Positions 35,367 to 47,300 of a stretch of DNA of 64,000 nucleotides are shown one piece after another; within the stretch, counting starts at the first letter, position 1; each line of letters opens with the position of its first letter. The DNA is taken from the NCBI GenBank assembly GCA_000708835.1, contig DF237289.1, positions 35,816 to 99,815 of the forward strand, in the 5' to 3' direction. Under the pieces are notes generated by a model. The model was not told the DNA's origin. It saw nothing but the letters and a program-made list of their open reading frames with translations, and made no database searches. Origin of the DNA: Klebsormidium nitens. Its lineage: Eukaryota; Plantae; Klebsormidiophyceae. Position numbers and translations under genes: made by a program.

Positions 35367-38258
35367 CTACGAGGCCTGGGCTCTTCTATACCTACACTGC
35401 AGAGACACGTGCCGCTCGGCAGCCGCTGCCTGCCGTGCGAGCACCCGTGCTGCGCGCAACCTACTGCTGTCGCGGCCGCTCCCCGTATCGGATGCCTTCG
35501 GGGACGGGGTTCCGGGAGTGGCGCGCGCAGCGGAGAGGGCCGACCACAGCTGCTGCTTCTGATATGCTCGAGGGTGGGCAGCAGCGTCGGACAGCCTGAG
35601 CGAAGAGAAACTCAGAAAGCATCAGAAGCAAGTCACTGAGGTGGGCGGAAAACATTGGGCCGCTCTGGACGTTCGCTGTTTGACCCCAGAATCTGTACTC
35701 CCTAGAGTCTTGCGAAATGAACTCTGCCTGATGTGTCTGTGAGACAGGTTAGACGGACGAAACACACGTTCTGTCTTGAATAAAACCTTGAGAGCAGGAA
35801 CCGCTCGTTTCACTGGTTGCCAGCAACGGGGTAGCCTGCCTCACCTTCTCCGGTTCCTCAATCCTGCGGACGGCCTGCTCTGGCCAGCGACCGGCGCGGG
35901 GGTGAAGATAACCAGTGCCGGTCTCCAGCCCGCCGGCCGCTTTGACCTGCTCCTCCCAGGACGCGACGAAGCCTTCGCACGCCTGTAAGAAAAAAAGGCA
36001 ACCTTGAACATCAACACTGCAGTCTTTCTGTAACTTGATTGGTGGGAATGAATGCCAAGGCCTCGTTTACGGGAGGTCCTTGCATGTGCTCCAAAATGAC
36101 GGAATAACATCTGGGTAACGAACGTTCCACAGAGACGCACAACCATCAGCACGCTGCTATACTTTGTTTCGACACACAATCCTTAGAGGAACCCAAGGGC
36201 AGCAGTCCGTACCTCGGAGGAGCAGCGTCCCTTGGGGTATCGTCCCGGCCCGTCTGGTCGCTGCGCGGCCCCTCGCTCGCCTTAAGCAAGATAGCCTGGA
36301 GGGGACGAGGCGAGGGGGACGCGCGCGCGTTGACCTCTGAGGGGGTCAGCGGGACCAGCGGAGCCGGGGTGCGCGGCCGGAGCTCCTCGCAAGCAATATG
36401 TTCGTCGAGGACCTGGAAACACATGTGGCGAGCATCTTGTCAGCGAATGGAAAATATATGAGAAGACGATTTTGTCAGCTATCCAGACACTCCCCATATT
36501 CGTAAGCAGCAGAATGCACGAAAGGGCGTGCGCGGCGTTTTTGAAAGGGTGTCTGCAAAAGAGAATACTTCATTGTCGTTCTGCAACAGTGGTAGAACCT
36601 TACCAGGGAGCTCTCGGACCGCTCGGGGATGCTGATGGTCAGCATGGACCGCCTCATCGACCTGGGCTTTGGGGAGGGGGGACGCTCGGAGAAAGATGTC
36701 ATCGTCTGCGAGAAACATCGGCATGAGTGAGGACTTTTCTGGCAGGTGAAAGCAGAGATAAAGAGCGAAAAGTAAAGATAGAAGGAGATGAACCGCTTGT
36801 CAGACGTTGCTCACTCGTGCCAAAAGCAAAGTCCCCAATCACCCCAAATCCTGACATCTTCAACAAGGAATCTCCTCACACAGACCGAATCGGATCCTCG
36901 CTAAAATACCCAAAGTATGCTGTGCAGATTCAGTGAGACTTTGCCATTGCATTTAAAAGGTCATATCCCCTCACCTCCAGATCAGTGAGGTCCCCGCAGC
37001 CCAGGTCGAAGAAGGCCACCGCGTCCATGTCGAGCGCCAGAGGATTCAGGCTCCACGTCACCTCAGATGCGATGGCATTGGCGTGCCAGGTGACGGGGCC
37101 GTCATCGCTCTGCGCAACTGAGAGGGCAGCTACAGCAAAGGCCGAGAAGCACAGTAAGTCCAAAGGTAAACCTACTGACCACTTAATCTCAAACATGTTC
37201 TGAAACCAACATTTCAATGACCAACAGGAGGCAAAGATAGAAACAGGGTAAGAGAATGAGTCTTTCACAAATTGAAGACTGGGTTACCCAAAACTGACAC
37301 GAAGGTAATGCAATGACTGACCTGCGTGCAGCGCGCTCTCCTCCTCCAGAACCTCAGGTGCTGCAACCTCCACGAGAGGCTCCTGGCTGGAGCTCTGCTG
37401 AAGTAAAAGAGTGAAACTGAGTCAGAGACTTGGTGGCAAGTTTGTTCCTGCAATCCTCCTAGTCACACTGCGAAATCAGGAAAAGCACTAGCGATGAGTT
37501 GAGCATCAGCTTCGGACCCTCCTCTGGACAAACAATCCAAAGGTGGTTCACTCCAGACAGCCACGTTGCATACCTGGAGGAGGCTGACAGCCTCGATGAC
37601 GAAAGTGAGGCAGGCGACCAGCAGGGCCACCGTGACGGCCATGCACTGGAAGAGCACGCCCATCATCTGAAGTAAGCAGGCACGAGGTGAGGGAGCGGTC
37701 TTTCCATCTTAAGTCACAATTAGACAAAGGAAGCGCCCACGCGCAACCGGAGCACCAATCTGTAACCCTGAGCGTTAGAGGCTTTGGCTGAGTGCCCATT
37801 CTGGCTGCCTTTGAAGATGAAGGAAAGCACCTGCTTCAGAACTGGCACAATCCCCCACACGCAGTGCAACTTTATCTCTCTGTGCCAAATTGCATTCTTG
37901 TTTTGTTCAGCAACACTTTGAAAGGACTTTCATGACATTCTGTGCTGCCCATACCAATAGCCAAGTCTTTTAGTATCTCGACACGGCGAGCGGAATCGTG
38001 GGTCTAACACCGTTTGGTCAAAAACCTGCTACACAATGCTTGCTTGATCTTCTGTGCTCCCTTCTTCCCGAGCTCTGACAACCCAAATATCGGTCACCTC
38101 ATCGTGAAGTCTTAAGTGGGACGAGAAGAGCAAAGAGCTATGTTCTGAACAACCAGGTTCTGAACAAAAGTTCAACTCACCATGACCTGGAGGCGCCTGC
38201 CGCTTGCGGCCGCCTGCTGTGGTGCCTGCGTCTGCGTGGGAGCAGCGCAGAGCGCCAT
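35367..38258 (-). CDS. X2: orphan ~350-aa single-TM, S/P/R-rich protein, ~8 exons
   Basis: Reads MALCAAPTQ... | MMGVLFQCMAVTVALLVACLTFVIEAVSLLQ | ...GPVTWHANAIASEVTWSLNPLALDMDAVAFFDLG... | MTSFSERPPSP... | ...LRAARVLARQAAAAERH. The exon structure matches X3, and the exons checked are in frame. Confidence 0.72.
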
Positions 38259-39549
38259 GGTGCTCCCAAACTCAATGCCCGCTGCCACGCTGCACTACTA
38301 GCAAACTGCAGCTGGCGGCGCTGGACTGCAGGCGTCAAGCGCTGAGCGCCAGTCAACGCTAACCTCGACGCGGAGGCTGAGCGCAGAAAGCAGGCACAGA
38401 AAGCACTAATATAGCTGAGAGCGGCAAGGTACGCTGAGCGCCAGAATGCTGGAGAGCTGTGTAAGCAAAGTGACATTTGAAGTTTTGCAGAGCTTGAACA
38501 TGACCAGAGAATTGAGAGCTAGTGTGTTGTTATCGATCAGCGCCGCATTGACTTCGCCGGGGGGGCGCTTTTGCAATATTTATTTGAGACCCCCAGACGA
38601 CGAGGAGATGAACAAAGCCAGCTAGGTAGTCCCCCGCGCGAGACTCACTTGGCGGAATGCGCGCGGCACCTCATTGCGCAAATGAGTCCTTGGCCTTGGC
38701 TGACTCAGCGCGCAGAGTCAATCAACGTCTGCCACGTGGACAGGGTTGTGTCCCAGTGCCAGGCCGTGCGCATTGAACTACCGGCAAGTATTCTTGATAG
38801 CGTTCCTTGACGTATTATAGGTACGCTATCGATTGGTTGTACCTACTACAACCACGCAGAAGTGGATCTACGCTGTTGCATGTAGGTGAAAGGCTGCAAT
38901 GTTCCAGAGCCACATCTTGCATTAATGAATCAGATCATGAATGGAAGGTAAGCATTCCTTCCACTGAATGCAAGTCTCAGCTTTAGCAAGATAGGAGCGG
39001 CTGATGCAAAGAAATTTGTACAAGGTTTTACAGTTTTACAGTAGAGACATCTAGCTATCTCAAGCTAGCGGGTTTCAATAGCTTACCCTACCTTACACGG
39101 CAGAATTCATACCTTGAGGCATGGCTACTATGTCTACCGATAGCAACAAATGTTTGCATCCAAGCGAATCCAATGTAGATTCACTGAACATAACGTATAC
39201 ACTATGCTTAAGCCGACCGGGGCTGTATGCATATGTGCACATCTAAACCTGGTGGAAACTTCTACAGAACTAAAATACGAGTCATATACCTTTGACCAGC
39301 GAGGGCCCAGTAAACGGTCATAGCTCTACAACATGCGCTGATCCCCCACTTTGTACGCAACCATTATTGCATGCTCGATTCGATCGAGTAAGCTGCAGCT
39401 ATGCACTGATGGTCCCCTTGAGAAGCCCAGAGGGGGCACTGCTGAGTCGCTCCCCTGAACACCGGCTGATCTAGCAACTGTACACAACCCCACAAACTCG
39501 CCATCCATCAACAGCGTACAGGCATCCCCATAGAACTGCTGAACGACCT

Positions 39550-42500
39550 TCACTCACTCCTGGCATTGTCATCATTCTCGGTTTCCCCCTTGGTATTCAA
39601 GACGCGAGTCTCGTCTGCCACTGCAAGCGCCCCGGCAAGTAGCGCACACCCAGCTGCCGCAATGGTATACCACGCCACCCCGCTAAAGAGCATCCTTGGC
39701 ACCATCCCAGTATTGGCCGCCAGCATCACTTCCGAGATCGGGTTCAGTTCGTGGGCAGCAAAACTGGTTGCTTCCGCCACCTCCTCGAACGTCAGCCCCA
39801 CCCTCACCGCCTGAAAGAGCGCGACCAAAGCAGGGACGCGGGAAAGCCACTCCGACCCCGCCCGCCTCTGCAGACTCTCCTGGAAGCTATTCACACCCTC
39901 AGGGGCCCTGCTCTCGGCGCCCTGTCTCGCGCCAGTGTCAACGCGCTGGCCCACGACGTTGCTCATGGCGTGCGCCTTGGCGAAGCTGACGCGCCGCTTG
40001 ACGCCCTGCCCGGCTGCGCTGTACTCAAACACACTCCCGGCCGGGGTTATTCTCTCAGCTGGATTGGGGGCTCTCACTTTCGGCGCCTGCCAGTACTCAT
40101 CCTCCAGCCCGTCCGCCTCTGCGCTCTGCCTGGGCTCCTCCGCCCCCCCCTGCCGCCTCGCTGCCGCCTCCTGCAACGCCTTCAGCGCATCCGATGGCCG
40201 GTGCCCCTCCACATCAGCCACCCCGTCAGGAGCATAGTACGGCAGGGGGTCGGACCGAAGCCGGTCTTCTTCCTCCCCAAGAACCCCTTCTCCAAAGTAC
40301 TTGTAGTCGACCGTCTCTCTGTCCGTCTCCCTTCCCCCAGACGAGTACGCTTTGGCCCAATCGCTGGCGGCCGCTGCCGCCTGCGCCTCCTTTGCACTCA
40401 CCCAAACCAAGGCCTGCGTTGTCGAATCTGCCGCTCCTCTGTAATCGGAGGCCCTGTTCCGGGGCCGGTCATCGATCTGCTGACCCATAAACCAGGACAG
40501 GTCCATCCCGCGGAGGCTTTGCGTCGCCTGGATCGCCTCTGCGGCCCTTCGCCGAGCAGCTTTCTGGGCGGGGGTCTCCTCCTCTGCTACAGGGCCGTTC
40601 TTGGCGCGGCGCTCCCGCTTGGTGAGGAAGCGCTCGGTCGCCTGTTCAAAAGCAAGCAATTGAGCTTCGTTCAGTATCTTTAGAGATATATCTCTTGGAA
40701 GCCAGTCGTCAAGCTGGCATTGACAAGTCATTTTTTGAGTCTGATGCAGCCACGTTCCAAATCTGATTCAAGACAAGACAACGACAAATGGTGCCTCTGT
40801 TGAACATTACGTTGTCAGATCTGCGGGCTTTTCGTCCTATCAATCTTGATAGAAGCGAAATGTGTCCAGCTCGGAGGCTAGATAATGTCGAGCTTCTCTT
40901 TTGCAGATCGACTGATGCTAGGCGACCACTTTTAACAGCTTATTAGCTGATGGTGTCACACGAAAGGAAACAACCAGAAACACTCTTGAAAGCTTACTTT
41001 CCAGATTTACAGCAACTACAAGTCTCGTATCAGTTCCGCTCTCAAAAGTCCACAAAAAGTCAGAAACAAAAAGGTCATTCAAATGCTAAAAGGGTTCACG
41101 TTCCCGACATTCGTTCTTTGCAATGATGCAACGAGCCACTCCCGATCTGGGGCATCTGGACCTCCACTCTGAAGCAAGCCTCTGCCACACAACGTCCCGG
41201 ATTTAAAGCCACTGGATTCACAGAGGCCCCGCAATTGGGCAATATATTAACACAATCATGACCACATGCTCACCTGGAACACGTCCACGTTGCCTCTCTT
41301 GAGGCCCCCCCCGCTGTGCACCTCTACTCCTACGCCATGCCGCGGGAGCTGCGCCATGACGTACTCCAGTGCCGGCAGCTTCTGGCGCTCCACCAGGTGG
41401 ATGCAGCTGACAGGGCAGGATGCAATCGCGTCGCTGATGGTGCGCTCGTCATTGGCCCACTGCCGCAAGCACCGGGCGCGGCCATACTTGTTCTCGATAG
41501 CAAACGTCTCGCCTGCGGAACAATGGTTAGAACCATGTAAGGAGAGAGAAAGCTGAACCTCTTCTTCAGGATCGCTTCGTAACCCACTGTCGAAACGACC
41601 TTTTCCATTGGAAATGTCAAAGAATCACGAAACTGACTTCGATGATGCTTCCACAGCGCTTGTTCTGCTCGATTGATACAAGGCTTGGCAGATACAGACT
41701 GGTCAAGTGACACTCACTGGCGATGAGTGCGCAGTTGAGGCAGCCGACGCACGAGGTCTCGTCCACAAACACCGCCTGCTGCTCGTCTGGGTGGCCATGC
41801 CAGGTCGAATGCAGCGGTTGGCCCGTGTATGCATCGTCCTCTATCCACATCACGCGTGTCTGCAACGACAATGGTAGGGGTCAGCTTTAAAAGATTCCTC
41901 TACGAGTTACAGACTGCTGGTCAACAGTGTAGACCATGACATTTTAGCCGATTCTGAACATTGATGTTTTTACATCATCCTCTCATCAATAGGTTTGCAA
42001 GAATCTTCTTGAACATGCAACTGCAACTTTACTACTAGATTGGCACCCTGGTCAGCACTAGACGAAGATCAACGCCCCAAATGCGAGCTTGCAACCTCTC
42101 GGCAGGCAAATTGACAAAAACTACCACACAAAATGCAAGCTTACAATATCTGGGCTTGCAGCTGGCCCAGGAATCTCTAGATGATGGTTCCAGGTAGGAA
42201 TCCAGTAACTAGAACTGCCGGAAAGTCCAGACTTTTCATCCTTGCTATGTTTGGGGTCAACTTTGATTTCAGGCATGTGGTGCATGACCCCTATCTAATA
42301 TTCTCTGCAACTTCACTGAACAGTAACCAGCTGCTTGACACTTACTTGATCATAGGCAGCCCGCAATTGTTCGTCTGACAGAATGGAGTAGGCCTCGTTC
42401 AATAAAACTGCCATGTCATGACCAAGCTGATCGCCGGCAACATCAGGGTGGCAGCGCTTCTGTTCCAAGCAAGCAGTGAAATTGTGAGACTCGCACCGAG

Positions 42501-43112
42501 AAAATATTGGCCTTTTGAGACTGGAGGTTGGATTGGATGAATGGAGGTGGACGCCAGAATTATTTGGTTCAATTGCAAAGGTAGCGGACCGCATTTCTTA
42601 TCGCAGGGCAAACAGTCAAGAGACGATTGGGTAGTTCACAGTGATTTTAAAAGATTACAGTGATTTCAAAATGGCAATTGTGCTAGTGACCATTTTGATG
42701 ATTGATGATTACTGCAGGTAAGACTGCATAGGCTACCATATCTGCGTGCACTCACCTGCAGCCATCTGTAGGCCTGCTTGACCTGGACCGCATCAGCTGC
42801 GGGGCCAACCCCTAGGAGCTCATAATAGTCATATCCATGGCTTGGACGGGCTTTTCGAACGCCCCCGGCAACTGCGAACACTCTCAGAGATCTTCTTCTG
42901 GCGTTCTGCTGTGTGATCCTAGCGCCTGAAAGTGGGACTGCTCGGTTGATGAAGAGTTGACCGCATGCTCCTAGAGGGGGGCACTTGACTGACAATTGGA
43001 TGGCACGGGCAGGCGCCGCTGGACGCAGCTTGACTGCAATTGAGCAACTGCGGGAGTTAAGAAGGGGCGCTGTGCCCATGGCAGCAGGGGCAGCTGAGAG
43101 AGCACACGCCAT
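39550..43112 (-). CDS. Plastid DnaJ-ferredoxin protein (CDJ3/4, DJC76/77-type), ~647 aa; exons 43112-42756, 42459-42346, 41859-41718, 41512-41274, 40641-39550
   Basis: Has a transit peptide, a J-domain (DYYELLGV...HPD...LNEAYSILSD) and a ferredoxin motif VFVDETSCVGCLNC...FAIENKYGRAR...AIASCPVSCIH. Confidence 0.93.
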
Positions 43113-44330
43113 CGCAAATGCACAGGGCCCCGAAAAGAAACAGCCTTGCTCAAATCAAGCCCTGGTTCTTGGTCCTTCATGCAGCAGCACAGCGCTCCCG
43201 ACGAATCAAAACATGCCTATCTTCAGCTAGAAAGTGACAGGAAGGGAAAGCAGGGAGATTGGCTGCCAATGAGAGGAACAGCTGCACGAAGAATAGCCTC
43301 AGCAGGTTAAACTTGAAGCCTGGTTGCTGCAGCAAACATGAATGCTCCGCCAACCGTCCGCGTGTGGCGACGCAAAAGTGCATGTTCTTGACGTGGGAAA
43401 AGCGCACTTTTCTGTGACGTGGCAAATTGTCATTGCGCGTGGCGGACCAATGTTTCAAAAAGTGAACCACGTGGTCACCATAAAGGTACGCGCATTGCGC
43501 ATCATTGATCCTCCGGCCATCCTACAGTACATTCAAGTTGTGCGGCTTGTTGGCAGACCATCATGCATGCAGGCAGCCATCTATCAGGCCTCTGAAACTT
43601 TCTATCTCCATAGGTACGCGAATCCACTGCTCCGAGTCCGTGCTTTCTTGCGTTCTTTGTCATGGCGGCGTACTCCAGTATTAAGGGAATAGGAGCCCGG
43701 GTGGATCATGCACAGACAGCGTGGCATCGCTTGCTAGTTTTCAAATCAATTCCTGGTTTACCATTCCAGATATTCCTCACTTGAGAACATACAATCTTTT
43801 GGGATGCACTTTGATTGCGACCAAAATGATCCGATGGAGGCTTCCCATGAAAAGGATACACTATGCCGAGTGAAGATATTATGAAACCCAAACCAGCTTC
43901 ATGACCTCCTAGGGCCGGGACTGTCTGTGATGGTACTGTACTACGCTAACTTGACCCTGAGGATTTGCAGCTTCGACCTACGAAGTACGAATTACTTGAA
44001 GGCTTGCAGTACTGCATTGTTTTGCGGTCCACTTCTCTCGTACAACTTGGTGGACTTGTCAGAGAGTGATAAACCTCTTTGAAACTCAACGCGTCCACGA
44101 CAAACTTGCAATCCGTTTTACCACCTAGCTACAGCTTGGAATACACAAAACACCATAACAACACCCACCCTCTAGGCAGCAACCTCGCCTACCACAAGAG
44201 TGCCAGTCAATAGATTACTCCTGCTAATATACAGACCCGTCATAGATCAGTATTCTCGTGTTGATCAGTGTCACTGTTTCTGTGGTCGACAAAGCATCGG
44301 CCAATCACCCAACTCGCTCCCAATAAAACA

Positions 44331-47300
44331 CTAAAGCTGAAGCTTGAAGTCGATGTAGTTGAAATTGACATCGCCCGAGTCAAAGACGAGGCGCACCAAA
44401 TGGGGCCCCGCACTAATGACAGTCTTGGTCACCACAGTTGAATCGGAGAAGATCTGCAAGGATTGAGGAAAAAGATGCTCAAAGACTTATGCATGTGGTT
44501 CTCGACCGTGTTCGAGTGCCAAACTGATACGACGACAGTGATGCATCCGAATAGATACCATGTTCATTCCAGCAAAGTAAACTTAGGCCACTGGTAAGCA
44601 TCTGACGTCCCCCGTTATCATAATCTGCCGAAGTCGGCCGATGAGCTGTCAGACTATCCAACTCAAAGAAACGTAACCAGTCAGTGTCGAGCCACTTCCG
44701 CTTCAAGGTTCTTCTGGTCTGATGTTCGTATCCGAGCTGTGGGAATTGTCGAACACTAGGGGTTGGACGCTGGCATCCAGATGCTGGTGCTCCCAGGCCA
44801 ACGACGAGGTATAAAGCCAATAAAGTTCGAGAAGATCAGAGAACCTTCGACCGTCAGGAGAGGCCACTTTTGGACAAATTCGGGGACTGAGCCATGAGTG
44901 TTGCGCAGTCTCTGACCTGCCAGCTGCCCATAGCCGGGAAGACGACCGGGCCGGTGATGTCTGCCCCGTCCACCTCAAGGTGCGCCTGCTTGGGGTTGGT
45001 CGAGTTGCTGGCCGTGCGGAACGTAATGCTGTACAGGCCTGCCGTGGCGAACGTTACGTCGTACTGCAGCCACTCGTGGGGCAGGATCATGCCGACCTGC
45101 AGGAAGGAGGGGCCCCCAAATCACACCGACGCCTTCTGATTCTTGGAGTTGCTACCAAAATGGAGCAATCTGTGAGATGAACGTCTGCACTTCTGCAGGT
45201 TGATCAAGTCAGCGTCTTCTGCAAGAGTCGGGGAGCACGCCGAGTAATGATTTTCCTAGTGTTATCGTAAACGGCCATGGCCATGGGGATCAACCAAGTA
45301 ATGAGTAACCTCTTCCTTCTCCAAGCGGTGCCCAACTCGCGATGCTAGATTCTTTCCATGTAGAAAGGAGAGATTGCCCACCATGCATCCGGCCTCGACG
45401 CCCTTCCCCGGGACGACATCCAGAGCGGCTCCCACGTCCACGTCATCCCCGTTAGTGCAGTTGTTCAACCGTGCGTCATCTCCGAAACTGCAAACAGAGA
45501 GGTCGGTTTCAATTCACGCTTCGAAACTGCGTTCTGCAATGTGCTTTTGGGCGAAGCCTCCTGAAGTAAAGACTCAATAGCACGAGGCCTCAATTCCGCC
45601 GAGCTGCCACATCTCAAGTGCCCTCTCCAATTTTCTACATTCGGATTTGTATTATAGGGTATCCCACTCCTTAGTGATTCGTTGTTGCATTGTTTCGTTT
45701 TCTTTTGTATCCGATGCAAAGGGGCAGGATGTAGAGGAGACTTGTGAAAGAGGCTCTCCGCTGATTACTCACGCGTTGCCCTTGGAAAAGTCCGAGTACC
45801 CGATGCCCTGTCCCCCAGCCCGGTAGTTCTCAGCTTCGAGCCGCCCGGGCAGCACCGTCACGTTCTTTCCCGGGACGTAGGGGGCAACGGAAAGGCCCGA
45901 CACCTTGGCCTCACCCACCAGGGGCGAGAACAGGACGTTGAGCAGACCGGTCGTCACCGACGTGCTGCAAAAACGAAGGTCAAGATTTAGGTTCAAAAAG
46001 CAAAGGTTGCGAATCTGCCGGAAAATGACTTTGCACAGGCGTAGAGTACGCAACGCAGCGAACGAAGTGGGGCAATAATCAAACGGCCGGCTTGATCGAC
46101 ATGAAAGGCAGCTGCTTTCCCGAAGATACTTCGACGTCAGCTTACGGGCCCTTCGACAAATACAGGTCCGCATGCGGAATCGGACATCACCTAAGCTGAC
46201 TAATATGGCAAGATTCATACAAAGAGCGGCTTCATCTCAGATCTGGCCTGATACTACTTCTAAAGAACTCACGTGCGGGTCAGAACGAGTGCCCGGTGGT
46301 TCCCCCCGGTGGCGTTGAAGACGTCGAGCGCCGAGATCTCCTCCCGGCCGTTGATGAAGACGTCGAAGACGCGCTTGAGCGACGCGTTGAACACCGTCTC
46401 CGCCTCGAAGATGCTCACCACGTAGCTTCCGCTGGGGACCGGAATTTGGTACGAGAAGTTGGCAGCGCCGTACCGCTCCTTCTGATACAGAGCCTGGAGA
46501 GACACAAAACAGGAAGGTCACGTACTACGTTTTGTATCCGTGCTGTCTGCAAGATTTGCCTCGGTTGTCAGTCCGAAGTCTGGTCGCAGGTCGCTAGGGG
46601 CCTAAACTCAAGCGAGTCTGTTTGAAAACCATGATTGAGGTCACGCCGACGCATTCTTACGCCCCAATCAGCAGCATACCCTTGATTCTGACCTCGCAGA
46701 AACACAGTTGGTAAGTGTAGCACTGAGACGAACTTCTGCGCTCGACGGAGACGAGCCACTTGAGGACGTTTTGCATACACCGTAATAGATGGAAGAAGCA
46801 AGCTGGCAAAACATGAGAAATTGCAGCACAGGTGACTTTTCCGGATGTTATACTGTGCTTCTCTCCTTTTCGAAGATACCTAGAGATGCTTACCTGGTCG
46901 GCCGTGCCGGTGAAGGTGAGCAAGTTGGTCAGCATCATGCCCCCCACAAAGTAGTTGTCTGCCGCAAACACCGTCCCGTCGGAGAGCGTCAGGTCCAGGC
47001 CCGACCCGCAGTTGATGGCAATGCTCGCGTTTCCTGCGGTGCCGTTAGGCGCGCTGTTTGGCAGCACGGTAATCGCACCAGCCGTGGTTCCGTTAGCCGT
47101 GCCGTTTGGCAGCATGGTAATCGCACCAGCCATGGTTCCGTTAGCCGTGCCGTTTGGCAGCATCGTAATCGCGGCCGCGGTGGCGTTTGCCACCCCGATA
47201 CTGGTGGGCGCGGCCGCCGAGGAGTTGGAAAACACGGCCAGGGGGTCGGTGAAAACGGCCACTGAGGACGTATTCACATTGAAGGTGTAGGGCAGCGTGA

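Larger units (their letters stand above)
25989..39748. repeat. Ancient tandem segmental duplication: copy 1 ~25989-33800, copy 2 ~33802-39748
   Basis: At the junction (~33795-33802) the left side matches the DnaJ-Fd last exon (TCCGAGATCGGGTT...AGTTC, cf. 39730-39748). The right side matches the WD40 last intron (GACAAGCCC, cf. 25989). Collinear matches continue through the terminal exon, the intergenic DNA and gene X. Confidence 0.88.

Noticed and set aside
39751-40683. 310-aa plus-strand ORF
   Set aside because: Antisense shadow of the DnaJ-Fd last exon.
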